Assembly (NCBI GenBank): GCA_964371595.1 | Contig: CAYJNJ010000002.1 | Span: forward strand, 40,274 to 104,273 | DNA length: 64,000 nucleotides | Source: an uncultured Bacteroidales bacterium | Lineage (GTDB): Bacteria > Bacteroidota > Bacteroidia > Bacteroidales > JAGOPY01 | Reading direction: 5' to 3' | In this document: positions 27,356-36,103 of the stretch, piece after piece | How the letters are laid out: every line of letters begins with the position of its first letter | Numbering within the stretch: the first letter of the stretch is position 1 | Translations under genes and position numbers: made by a program | The notes under the pieces: generated by a model | Told to the model about the DNA's origin: nothing | Seen by the model: only the letters and a program-made list of their open reading frames with translations | The model's database searches: none

Positions 27356-30058
27356 ATGTCTGCAATTAAAACTCCAGACCAGAGGATTCGTGTGTTCATC
27401 AGTTCAACGTTACAGGAACTGGCCGATGAAAGGAAAGTGATCCGGGTAGCCATCGAAAGATTGAGGCTTATACCCGTTATGTTTGAACTTGGCGCAAGGC
27501 CGCACCCTCCGCGCGACCTCTATCGCGCTTACCTTGAGCAGAGCCATATCTTTATCGGTATTTATTGGAACAGTTACGGTTGGGTAGCTCCGGGAATGGC
27601 CATATCCGGTCTGGAAGATGAATATCGTTTATCGGAAGGCAAACCCCGTCTGATTTATGTCAAACAAATAGAAGTGAACCGCCAGCCCGAATTAGACCAT
27701 CTGTTGAAGGGCATTCAAACTTCCGATGTCGCTTATAAAAAATTTGCTGCCCTTGAGGAATTGAAAGAACTGGTGGAAAATGACCTGGCCCTTTTATTGT
27801 CAGAAAGATTTGAATCCGGTTTTGATCAGAATACTGCTGTTCAGTCCCCGCCAAAATCATCCTCTATCCCGGCTTTACGTACACCGTTGCTTGGCCGGGA
27901 AAGGGAATGCAATGAAATCATGGAGATGCTTCCGGTTAACAGCCTGGTCACAATTACAGGTCCCGGGGGAACAGGCAAATCCAGGCTTGCGCTGGAAATA
28001 GCCCATAAATTAAAGACAACGTATCCGGATGGCGTCTTTTTCGTTCCGTTGGAATCGGTTCAGGAACCTAAAGCAGCCATTTCATCCATCGCCCATTCAA
28101 TCGGATTGTTTGACAACGGGAGAATGCCGGTATATGACCTCCTGTCGGGGTACCTTTCAGATAAAAAAACTTTGCTCCTGCTGGACAACTTCGAGCAAAT
28201 TCTCACCGGGGCGAAGGATATCAGCCAGCTTCAACAGGATTGCCCTTCCCTTCATATCATAGTAACCAGTCGAACCCCGCTAAGGATCAGGGGTGAGCAG
28301 GTATATCCGCTGGAGCCCCTGCCCCATCCTGATTTTATTACTATTCATTCCACAGAACAGTTAATGTCCTATCCTTCAATAGAGTTGTTTATTCAAAGGG
28401 CAAGGGCCTTGAGTCCGGGAATAAATTTCGGGGAGGAAAACATTAAAGCAGTGGCTGAAATTTGTCGCAGGCTGGATGGATTACCCCTTGCAATAGAACT
28501 TGCGGCTTCTCATACCAAATACTTCTCACCGGTGGCACTGGCGCAGCGGATGGATCATGTGCTGGATCTTCTGACCAGGTCGCCTCAGGACTTTCCAAAC
28601 CGGCAAAGGACTATGCGTAATACAATCAGTTGGAGCAGCGATCTGCTGGATGAACCTACCCGGCAATTTTTCTACAAACTGGGTTGTTTCCATGGAAGCT
28701 GGACATTAGAGGCCGCCGACGAAATAGCGCATGAAGACCCATTAGGTTTATCGGGCATTCTGGAACATATTGAAAAACTGATCGACTTCGGCTTAGTCAA
28801 ACCTGTTGCACCATCTTATGCAGATGAAGAGCCCCGGTTTATTCTGCTTCAAACTATCAGGGATTTTGCCCTGGAAGCCCTTAAAAACGCCGGTATTCTT
28901 GAAACCATTGCTGCACGACATGCTGCCTATTTCAGCAGACTTGCTGACTATTCGGAACCTAATTTATGGCTGCCGCAGGTACAGACCTGGATCAACCACC
29001 TGGAAAAAGACCTGCCAAATTTTCGGGAAGCTTTTCAATGGGCATTGCATAATAAAGATACGGAAAAGCAATGGGTACTTACAGGTTGCCTGGCCCAGGT
29101 ATTCACCTCTATTGGACTGGGAACCGAATCATGTCAATGGATCACAGCCACAAATCTATGGAGCGATGAAGGCAATTCACTGCCTTTGGCACTTCGTGCA
29201 AGAACCTTTTACTATTCAGGAGTCCAGGAGTTTTTTTCCGGTAAGTTTTTAGATTCATGGGAAAAACTGAAGCAGGCCGTTGACCTGAACCGTGAAGCGG
29301 GTAATTTAGTTTCCCTTTCAAGGTCCTTAACTTTCCAGGGGCTCACCGGGATCACACTTCGGAAAGAGGATTCCTTAGCTATATTCCAGGAAGCAATGGC
29401 CCTGGGTTCCAGTATTGGCGATCATTACAGCGAAATCCTCGCCAATACCTTTCTTGCAGAAACAATGATGATGATAGGCCAGGTTGAAAAGGCATCTGCT
29501 ATGATTATGAAAGCGGAAGGACTGGCAAGGCAAAGTGGCGACAATATGCTATTGGCTGCTTTGTTCATCACAAAAGGAAATTACAATTTAGTTGTTGGCG
29601 AAAAGGATTTATCCATAGCAGCATATACCGAATGCATTAAGCTTCACCAGTTTTTCAGCCAGATGACTTTGGAAGGATGGGGGAGATTGGGGATTGTATA
29701 CTGGCAGCTTTTGGAACAAAAAATAGATGAAACAAGCGAAATGATCAGGATTATCATAGAACTTGCAAGGAAATCGGGTGATCTTGCATTAAAAATAGGA
29801 GTTATACATGCTATGTCCGGATTCCTTACCCTTACAAACCATTATAAATCCTCAGCCAGGCTCCGTGGTGCAGCCGACAAATTATCTGAAGAATCAGGTT
29901 ATAATCCGTGGAGTTCTACAATTAAGCTGAATGAATGGTCTGATAAGCGGTTAAAAGATAATCTGTCAGTTGAAGAGTATCACCTGGCGTACGAAGCCGG
30001 AAAAAATATGACAGCTGAAAAAGCTATTGAGGAATACCGCGCTTCTATTACTGACTAA
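27356..30058 (+). CDS. STAND NTPase: N-terminal DUF4062 domain, NB-ARC ATPase, C-terminal TPR-like repeats
   Basis: DUF4062 pattern: RVFISSTLQELADERK, SHIFIGIYWNSYG, SGLEDEYRLSEGKPRLIYVK. Walker A is ITGPGGTGKSRLA and Walker B is LLLLDNFEQ. The NB-ARC GLPL motif is LDGLPLAIELAA. About 400 aa of helical repeats follow. The first ATG is at 27356 (the ORF opens at a TTG at 27317). Confidence 0.85.
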   Translation: MSAIKTPDQRIRVFISSTLQELADERKVIRVAIERLRLIPVMFELGARPHPPRDLYRAYLEQSHIFIGIYWNSYGWVAPGMAISGLEDEYRLSEGKPRLIYVKQIEVNRQPELDHLLKGIQTSDVAYKKFAALEELKELVENDLALLLSERFESGFDQNTAVQSPPKSSSIPALRTPLLGRERECNEIMEMLPVNSLVTITGPGGTGKSRLALEIAHKLKTTYPDGVFFVPLESVQEPKAAISSIAHSIGLFDNGRMPVYDLLSGYLSDKKTLLLLDNFEQILTGAKDISQLQQDCPSLHIIVTSRTPLRIRGEQVYPLEPLPHPDFITIHSTEQLMSYPSIELFIQRARALSPGINFGEENIKAVAEICRRLDGLPLAIELAASHTKYFSPVALAQRMDHVLDLLTRSPQDFPNRQRTMRNTISWSSDLLDEPTRQFFYKLGCFHGSWTLEAADEIAHEDPLGLSGILEHIEKLIDFGLVKPVAPSYADEEPRFILLQTIRDFALEALKNAGILETIAARHAAYFSRLADYSEPNLWLPQVQTWINHLEKDLPNFREAFQWALHNKDTEKQWVLTGCLAQVFTSIGLGTESCQWITATNLWSDEGNSLPLALRARTFYYSGVQEFFSGKFLDSWEKLKQAVDLNREAGNLVSLSRSLTFQGLTGITLRKEDSLAIFQEAMALGSSIGDHYSEILANTFLAETMMMIGQVEKASAMIMKAEGLARQSGDNMLLAALFITKGNYNLVVGEKDLSIAAYTECIKLHQFFSQMTLEGWGRLGIVYWQLLEQKIDETSEMIRIIIELARKSGDLALKIGVIHAMSGFLTLTNHYKSSARLRGAADKLSEESGYNPWSSTIKLNEWSDKRLKDNLSVEEYHLAYEAGKNMTAEKAIEEYRASITD

Positions 30059-30062
30059 ACGC

Positions 30063-30302
30063 CACATTGGCTGCTGGCGCAGCAAATTCCAAATACCAAA
30101 TTCCAAATTCCAAACAAAATTCAAAACTCAAGCTTCAAATTTCAAACGATTTTGGGATTTGATGTTTGGGATTTGTTTGGTATTTGGTGCTTGGTGCTTG
30201 GAATTTATTTGGAATTTGGTGCTTGGTATTTGGTGCTTGCCTGGCTTTTGGTGCTTGGTGCTTGGAATTTATTTGGTATTTGGTGCTTGGTATTTGGTGC
30301 TT
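30063..30302 (+). repeat. complex ~240-bp hairpin element (copy 2, same orientation as 26051-26233)
   Basis: Same 30-nt head, then CCAAATT arrays, a central caaaattcaaaac region, then multiple ATTTGGTGCTTGG arrays. Confidence 0.85.
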
Positions 30303-30343
30303 TTTATTGTAGTTGGTTTATAAAGTTGTAATTTCATTGCTGA

Positions 30344-31519
30344 ATGACTTCGAAATTAAAAACGAACTACCTGCCTGAAATACCTGCCCTTCTTTTTGGG
30401 AGGAAAAAGCCGGCCATGGTCACGGTCAATCTTACAGACCGTTGCAACCAGCATTGCATTTACTGTGAACTTGGCAGCCACCGTTCAGTTTCTGAAAAAA
30501 ATATATTGACAAAGGATGACCTGAAATGGGTAATCAGCCAGATGGCAGAAAACAACATTTCCAGGCTTTCATTATGCGGCGGAGAGCCCTTTTTGTTTGA
30601 CAGCCTTCTTGAAGTTGTCGCTTATGCAGGATGCAAAAATATCAGGTGTACCATTACCACAAATGGCATGACAGTGCATAAGCTCACCGGTGAAGAGCTT
30701 AAAATATTACAGGATTACCATACGCAAATCAATGTTTCAGTTGATTCTTTCAGGGAGGATATCCTGTCGTTCACACGCGGGACACAGGCTGCTTTACCAA
30801 ATGCACTAAGATCTATCCGGATTTTGCAGGAAAACAATATTCCGGTAACCATTCTGACAGCCATTTCAAAATATAATTATCATGATCTTTCAAGTTTCAT
30901 GGAAGAAGCCTATAATCTTGGTATTAAGCAGGTATTGTTCCAGCCCCTGATCTACTATTCCAATTTTCCTGAAACTCCGGCCCTGGAAAACAAATCACAA
31001 CTTAACACCGGCACTGAGGGCCTGGATAAACTGATGGCTGAACTGGAAAAAATAATGCAGTTTGAGAAGCTTCACCCTGTTAAAACAAACGTTTACAGGA
31101 TATTGCCCTGGATCAGGCATTACCTTGAAACAGCAGCCAACCCAAATAGAAATTGGTTTTTTGATAAGGTGCTGAATAAATTCTACTGTCGTGAAGTCTA
31201 TGCTATCATCGACATAAGTTATTATGGTGATATTCAACCATGCGGACTGGCACCGGCCAAAATCTCAATCCATGAGAACCGCGACCGTGGGCTTATCAAC
31301 CTGTGGATGGAAGCAACTGCGGAAATTAAAAATGACCTGCTTACAGCCAATTACAGGGCATATTGCAATGGGTGCTGCCATCATTTCAGCCGTAATATGC
31401 TCGCATCAATTGTGAAATACCCGTTTCAAAACCGGCAGGCACTATTCAAAATATCACCCTTGATCTCATCAAGGATCTCAAATACTATTTTAAAAAGAAT
31501 TAAATTCAGCCTCAAATGA
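30344..31519 (+). CDS. radical SAM protein with C-terminal SPASM/twitch-like Cys cluster
   Basis: CNQHCIYC (CxxxCxxC) at residues ~34-41 and a GGEPFL glycine motif. The C-terminal cysteines are YCREV...IQPCG...YCNGCCHH. Confidence 0.85.
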   Translation: MTSKLKTNYLPEIPALLFGRKKPAMVTVNLTDRCNQHCIYCELGSHRSVSEKNILTKDDLKWVISQMAENNISRLSLCGGEPFLFDSLLEVVAYAGCKNIRCTITTNGMTVHKLTGEELKILQDYHTQINVSVDSFREDILSFTRGTQAALPNALRSIRILQENNIPVTILTAISKYNYHDLSSFMEEAYNLGIKQVLFQPLIYYSNFPETPALENKSQLNTGTEGLDKLMAELEKIMQFEKLHPVKTNVYRILPWIRHYLETAANPNRNWFFDKVLNKFYCREVYAIIDISYYGDIQPCGLAPAKISIHENRDRGLINLWMEATAEIKNDLLTANYRAYCNGCCHHFSRNMLASIVKYPFQNRQALFKISPLISSRISNTILKRIKFSLK

Positions 31520-32322
31520 AAACAGCTCTGGTCACAGGTGGAAACAGGGGTATTGGCCTTGAAATTTGCAAACAACTCCAGGCGAAGGGATTTACCGTTG
31601 TGATGGGCTCCCGCAATATGGAAAAGGGAATAGCTGCTGCGGCTGAACTGGGCAAGAATGTGATCGTAAAGCAACTTGATGTAACCAGTGAAGAAAGCAT
31701 TCAGCAGCTTTATTCCGAGCTGAAATCGGATTTGGGCAGATTGGATGTTTTGATAAATAATGCGGGTATCGGTGAGAAATCGTTTGGGAAAAAAGAGACC
31801 TTCCCGGGCAAAGTAAAAGATTTCCTTGAGTCGCATGTATATGGAGCAAAACAATTCAGAAAAGCGATCACGCCGGCATTACGTAAAACAGGGGTGCTTC
31901 CGGAAAGGGACACTGCGTCGAACATCAACACCAACGTTGTCAGGTATATCATGGAAACGAACCTGTACGGCGCCTGGCGGATGATCCAGGTGATGCTTCC
32001 CTTACTTAAAAAGAGCGAAGATGGAAGGATCATTAACGTAAGCAGTGGATTGGGCGAATTAGGGCAGTTATCAGGGAATTATCCTGCCTATAGTCTGTCA
32101 AAAAGTTCACTTAACGCATTGACCATCATGCTTTCAGGGGAGTTATTAAAATCAGGGATAAAAGTGAATGCTTTTTGCCCGGGTTGGGTAAAAACCGATA
32201 TGGGCGGGGCTGATGCACCAGGGCACGTGGGCCAGGGTGCAGACACCGCGGTATGGCTGGCAACTGAAAAAGTGATCCCGACCGGAAAATTTTTCAGGGA
32301 CCGCCAGGTCATTGAATGGTAG
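31516..32322 (+). CDS. short-chain dehydrogenase/reductase (carbonyl-reductase-like SDR)
   Basis: TGGNRGIG cofactor motif, NNAG, and catalytic YSLSK. The ATGA start/stop overlaps the upstream gene. Confidence 0.85.
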   Translation: MKTALVTGGNRGIGLEICKQLQAKGFTVVMGSRNMEKGIAAAAELGKNVIVKQLDVTSEESIQQLYSELKSDLGRLDVLINNAGIGEKSFGKKETFPGKVKDFLESHVYGAKQFRKAITPALRKTGVLPERDTASNINTNVVRYIMETNLYGAWRMIQVMLPLLKKSEDGRIINVSSGLGELGQLSGNYPAYSLSKSSLNALTIMLSGELLKSGIKVNAFCPGWVKTDMGGADAPGHVGQGADTAVWLATEKVIPTGKFFRDRQVIEW

Positions 32323-32395
32323 CTCACTGTAATATTATTGCAGGTCAGGATAAATCCGAAATAGTGATTATTTTTAAAAAGCATATCCTTTGAAG

Positions 32396-33796
32396 ATGAA
32401 AATAGGTTTTATTTTCCCAAATAAAGACAGAAGGTATAAAACGGTTCATCTTGGGATTGCCTACCTGGCAGCCTATGCCAGGGAACAGCATCCCGGCATC
32501 GAATTTCAGGTGCTTGACACAAGGGTTGCCACGCGAAAAGAGACAAATAAATTTTTCAGTACACCTTTTGATTTGATTGGTATCACGGTGTTTTCACCGG
32601 TGTATTATGAAGTCATCAATATTTTCAACCGTATAAAAAAAGCACATCCTGATATCCCTGTTTGTCTTGGCGGACCTTATGTGACAACGATCAGGGAAGA
32701 GATCTTTAACGAAACACCGGCAGAATTTGCCATTTTCGGAGAAGGCGAAATTACCTTCTCGGAACTGCTTTTTCATCTGAAAGGTGAAAGAAAACCGGAG
32801 GATATCAAAGGATTAATGTTCAGGGACCTCGATGGCCAAATCACCGTTAATCCCGGACGGGAGAAAATCAAAGACCTGAATAAACTGCCCATGCCTGCAT
32901 ATGATATTTTCCCGATGGTGAGATACCCGTTGCACCGGATGGTTACAAGCAGGGGTTGCCCATATGCCTGTGCCTGGTGTAACTCCAGCTCAGTATGGGA
33001 TCAAACATACAGGGCAATTGACCCTGAAAATATCATCACCGAAGTCGAACACCTGGTTAAAAATTTTGGGAAGAAAATCTTCGTATTTGGCGACAATAGC
33101 TTTAATGTCGATTTAAAAAGAGTCGAAGTTTTCTGTGATCTGCTGCTGGAAAAAAATCTCAATATTCTTTGGTCAGTTTCATTACGTGCTGACATTATGA
33201 CCCCGGAAATAGCCCATAAGATGAAAAAAGCCGGATGCTATAACGTTTCTATCGGAATAGAATCGGCCAATAATGAAATGCTGAAGAAAATCGGCAAAGG
33301 GACAACCATCGAAAAAATATCGGAAGGAATCCGGATGCTGAAAGATGCCGGTATAGAAATCATGTCGCAGTATGTTATTGGCAGCCCGGATGAAACATTG
33401 GATACTGTCAGGGAATCGATAGCCTATGCAAAGCAATCGGGATGCGATTATACAAATTTTTATATGGTTCTGCCGTATAAAGGCACCCGGCAATGGGAAT
33501 ACGTAGCAAAAAACGGCATTTTATATAATAAAAACATCCATCACTTTCATTCCATGGAGCCACGGATTGTTTTTGAAACACCCGAATTTCCTCATCACGA
33601 CAGGCTTGAAGCAATTAAGTTAGTTAAAAAGGAAGGCTTTTACAGTAATAAGGATAAAAAAAACTGGATGTTTGATTTTGCCAAAGATACTTCCCGCAAT
33701 ATTCAGCACCTTCTTCCAAAATCAGTCGGAGAAAGGGTTTATTTATTATTAAAATCGATTTACCGGTTAAAAATCATTAAGAAAAACAACCAGTAA
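32396..33796 (+). CDS. B12-binding-domain radical SAM protein (class B)
   Basis: N-terminal Rossmann-like B12-binding region (DLIGITVFSP...CLGGPYVT) and radical SAM core SRGCPYACAWC. Confidence 0.85.
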   Translation: MKIGFIFPNKDRRYKTVHLGIAYLAAYAREQHPGIEFQVLDTRVATRKETNKFFSTPFDLIGITVFSPVYYEVINIFNRIKKAHPDIPVCLGGPYVTTIREEIFNETPAEFAIFGEGEITFSELLFHLKGERKPEDIKGLMFRDLDGQITVNPGREKIKDLNKLPMPAYDIFPMVRYPLHRMVTSRGCPYACAWCNSSSVWDQTYRAIDPENIITEVEHLVKNFGKKIFVFGDNSFNVDLKRVEVFCDLLLEKNLNILWSVSLRADIMTPEIAHKMKKAGCYNVSIGIESANNEMLKKIGKGTTIEKISEGIRMLKDAGIEIMSQYVIGSPDETLDTVRESIAYAKQSGCDYTNFYMVLPYKGTRQWEYVAKNGILYNKNIHHFHSMEPRIVFETPEFPHHDRLEAIKLVKKEGFYSNKDKKNWMFDFAKDTSRNIQHLLPKSVGERVYLLLKSIYRLKIIKKNNQ

Positions 33797-33801
33797 AAAT
33801 C

Positions 33802-34920
33802 ATGAGCATCATATTTGGGATAAGCGCTTTAATAATCTTGATATACCTCATGTACCCTTTATGGCTGATGATGATTCCGGAATCTGATAAAGGTCCGGGG
33901 GAATCCCCTGGTGAAATTGACGAGGTTTCACTCATCTATTTATCATATAACGGAATAGCTTACCTGGAGGATAAAATCAATTTCCTGTTTAAGGAATTAT
34001 CGGTTTTTCAGAATTTTGAAATAATCATTATCGATGATAACAGTACCGATGGGAGCAAAGAATGGCTGCATGCTTTTCCTGAACGGGAAAATATACGGAT
34101 CACACTGAAAGATGATCATAAAGGCATACCGCATTCGATGAACATGGGCGTCGGGAAGGCAAGATTTAAGCATATCATCTTTTGTGACCAGAGGCAGAAG
34201 TTATCAGGCAAGATCCTGCACCGCCTGGTAGAACCATTAAAATATGATAATATAGGAGCCGTTTCTGCCTGTATCTCAGAGCTTGACAAAAATCAACATT
34301 GTTCAAGGATCCGCAGGCTCGAAAATTTTATCAAATTAAAAGAAAGCCGGAATGGAAACCTGATTGGCGTATATGGCCCGCTGTATGCGATAAAAAGAGA
34401 ATGCTTTTCCCCCATTCCGGAATATATAATTCTCGATGACCTGTATTTAAGTTTGAAAATCCTGAAATCGAAGCAAATTAAAATTCTGGGCGATTGCCAG
34501 ATCATGGATGAAGAAATTGCCGAGCTTTATGATTATGGCAGGGCGAAGCGTTACATCTATGGTTTTTTACAACTTATCAGGGAACCCGGACTTATCGCCC
34601 ATTTGAATGCGAAACAGGTGACCATGCTTTTCTGGCACAAATACCTGCGCCTGGCGATCCCGGTTTTCCTGTTTCTCAGCCATATCGGAATGGGGATCCT
34701 TGGGGCCTACAGGATCAATTACCTTTTCCTTTTTGTTGTAATATTAATCCCGGCCCTGGTTTCTTTTGTGCCAGGCAGAATGAATCTCCATTTCTGGTTT
34801 AAAAACATCTTCAGGATAAATTTATTCTATTTCGTAGCGATACTTGACGTTTTAGTATTCAGGGCATTCATCCGTCGTGCACCCCGCAATTATTATAAGG
34901 AAAAATTTGAAATCAGGTAA
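33802..34920 (+). CDS. membrane-embedded family-2 glycosyltransferase
   Basis: N-terminal TM, GT-A core (IIIIDDNSTDGS, IIFCDQRQ, ILDDLYLS), an RAKRYIYG (QxxRW-like) block and three C-terminal TMs. Confidence 0.8.
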   Translation: MSIIFGISALIILIYLMYPLWLMMIPESDKGPGESPGEIDEVSLIYLSYNGIAYLEDKINFLFKELSVFQNFEIIIIDDNSTDGSKEWLHAFPERENIRITLKDDHKGIPHSMNMGVGKARFKHIIFCDQRQKLSGKILHRLVEPLKYDNIGAVSACISELDKNQHCSRIRRLENFIKLKESRNGNLIGVYGPLYAIKRECFSPIPEYIILDDLYLSLKILKSKQIKILGDCQIMDEEIAELYDYGRAKRYIYGFLQLIREPGLIAHLNAKQVTMLFWHKYLRLAIPVFLFLSHIGMGILGAYRINYLFLFVVILIPALVSFVPGRMNLHFWFKNIFRINLFYFVAILDVLVFRAFIRRAPRNYYKEKFEIR

Positions 34921-34933
34921 AGCAGGAAAATTT

Positions 34934-36103
34934 ATGAATGGAAAAACAGGAAATATCAGGTCGCTTAATTATATGAAGCCGAATGTTCCTCCATTCGACG
35001 ATTTTCAGTTTTATCTTCGCCGGATTTGGGAATCGCGCACCCTGACCAATGATGGCCCGATCCATCACGAATTTGAAAAAGCCCTTTGCCAATATCTGGA
35101 AGTGGACCATATCTGCCTGCTTTCAAGCGGAACTCTCGCCCTGGCCATTGCCCTTCGATCACTTGGTTTAAAAGGAGAAGTGATCACCACTCCTTTTACA
35201 TCGGTTGCTACGATCCAGGCCATTTACTGGAACAATTTAATCCCTGTTTTTGCCGATATCCGGGAATCAGATCTTAATCTTGACATTTCCTGCATTGAAC
35301 AGGCTATAACGCCCGAAACATGTGCCATACTGCCTGTCCATGTATTCGGGAACCCTTGCAAAACCGGGCAGATAAAAAAAATTGCCCTGAAGTATAACTT
35401 AAAGGTGCTTTACGATGCTGCCCATTGCTTTGGGGTAAAAATCAATGGTGAATCAGTCTGCAGGTCAGGTGATCTGTCGGCACTTAGCTTTCATGCTACC
35501 AAGGTCTTCAATACGATTGAAGGAGGGGCGGTTGTTTGTCATGATCCTGAAACCAGGGATTACATCAATGCCCTGAAAAATACCGGGTTAATTTCTGGCA
35601 ATGCTCTTGCAGGCTACGGTTTGAACGCCAAAATGAACGAGTTGCAGGCAGCTTTTGGATTAGCCCAGTTAAAACATATTGATGGTGTCGTTGAAAAACG
35701 AAGAGAGGCAAGCCTGTTGTACCGTGAGTTGTTGGCCCCTGTAAAAGGATTAAGAATGATAAAGGAAGAAGAAGGTATCGGATATAATTATTCCTATTTA
35801 CCTGTTCTGATCGATCCTGAAGAATTCGAAATGACAAGGGATGGAATCGCATCTTATCTTGAGGATCATCAAATTTCAGTTAAAAAATATTTTCACCCCT
35901 TAATAAGTGAATATAACCAATTTAGCATATATAAAACGAAGGACCTGCCGGTTGCCGCTAAAATGGCTGAAAACGTATTATGCCTGCCTCTTTTTCATGA
36001 TATTACCAGGGAGGAGATCCATAGGGTGGTTGACTTGATACGGGTAAGCGTCCATGAAATCAGAAAGCCATATTCGCCTCGTCCTGGTCGAAATAGAGAT
36101 TAA
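34934..36103 (+). CDS. DegT/DnrJ/EryC1/StrS-family PLP-dependent sugar aminotransferase
   Basis: LSSGTLALAIALRSLG, YDAAHCFG and SFHATKVFNTIEGG (PLP lysine). The start could be 34934 or 34973. The ORF-track start at 34877 overlaps the GT2 gene. Confidence 0.85.
   Translation: MNGKTGNIRSLNYMKPNVPPFDDFQFYLRRIWESRTLTNDGPIHHEFEKALCQYLEVDHICLLSSGTLALAIALRSLGLKGEVITTPFTSVATIQAIYWNNLIPVFADIRESDLNLDISCIEQAITPETCAILPVHVFGNPCKTGQIKKIALKYNLKVLYDAAHCFGVKINGESVCRSGDLSALSFHATKVFNTIEGGAVVCHDPETRDYINALKNTGLISGNALAGYGLNAKMNELQAAFGLAQLKHIDGVVEKRREASLLYRELLAPVKGLRMIKEEEGIGYNYSYLPVLIDPEEFEMTRDGIASYLEDHQISVKKYFHPLISEYNQFSIYKTKDLPVAAKMAENVLCLPLFHDITREEIHRVVDLIRVSVHEIRKPYSPRPGRNRD

Noticed and set aside
26239-30058. 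Classical mobile genetic element or genomic island carrying the STAND gene.
   Set aside because: The window has no integrase, transposase, tRNA attachment site or phage genes. The flanking direct repeats belong to a repeat class present at most gene junctions here, so mobility remains only a weak hypothesis.
30027-30323. 98-aa ORF just upstream of the radical-SAM/SPASM gene. It has repeated Cys/Trp motifs (FGAWCLEFIW..GIWCLPGFWCLVLG) and could be mistaken for a RiPP precursor peptide.
   Set aside because: It is simply the translation of the GGTGCTT/GGAATTT heptamer hairpin element. The near-identical element at 26051-26233 has no radical SAM neighbour. The ORF also starts inside the STAND gene and has no leader-like region.
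34877-34933. Upstream extension of the aminotransferase ORF that overlaps the GT2 gene 3' end.
   Set aside because: DegT-family proteins begin close to the ...PPFDD... region. ATGs at 34934 and 34973 give normal lengths without overlap.
30344-36103. Reading the rSAM/GT2/B12-rSAM/aminotransferase set as a hopanoid hpnH-I-J-O side-chain locus.
   Set aside because: The window has no squalene-hopene cyclase, HpnG nucleosidase or HpnK deacetylase. The first radical SAM has a SPASM-type C-terminus rather than the HpnH-type one. The resemblance is kept only as an analogy in the finding.
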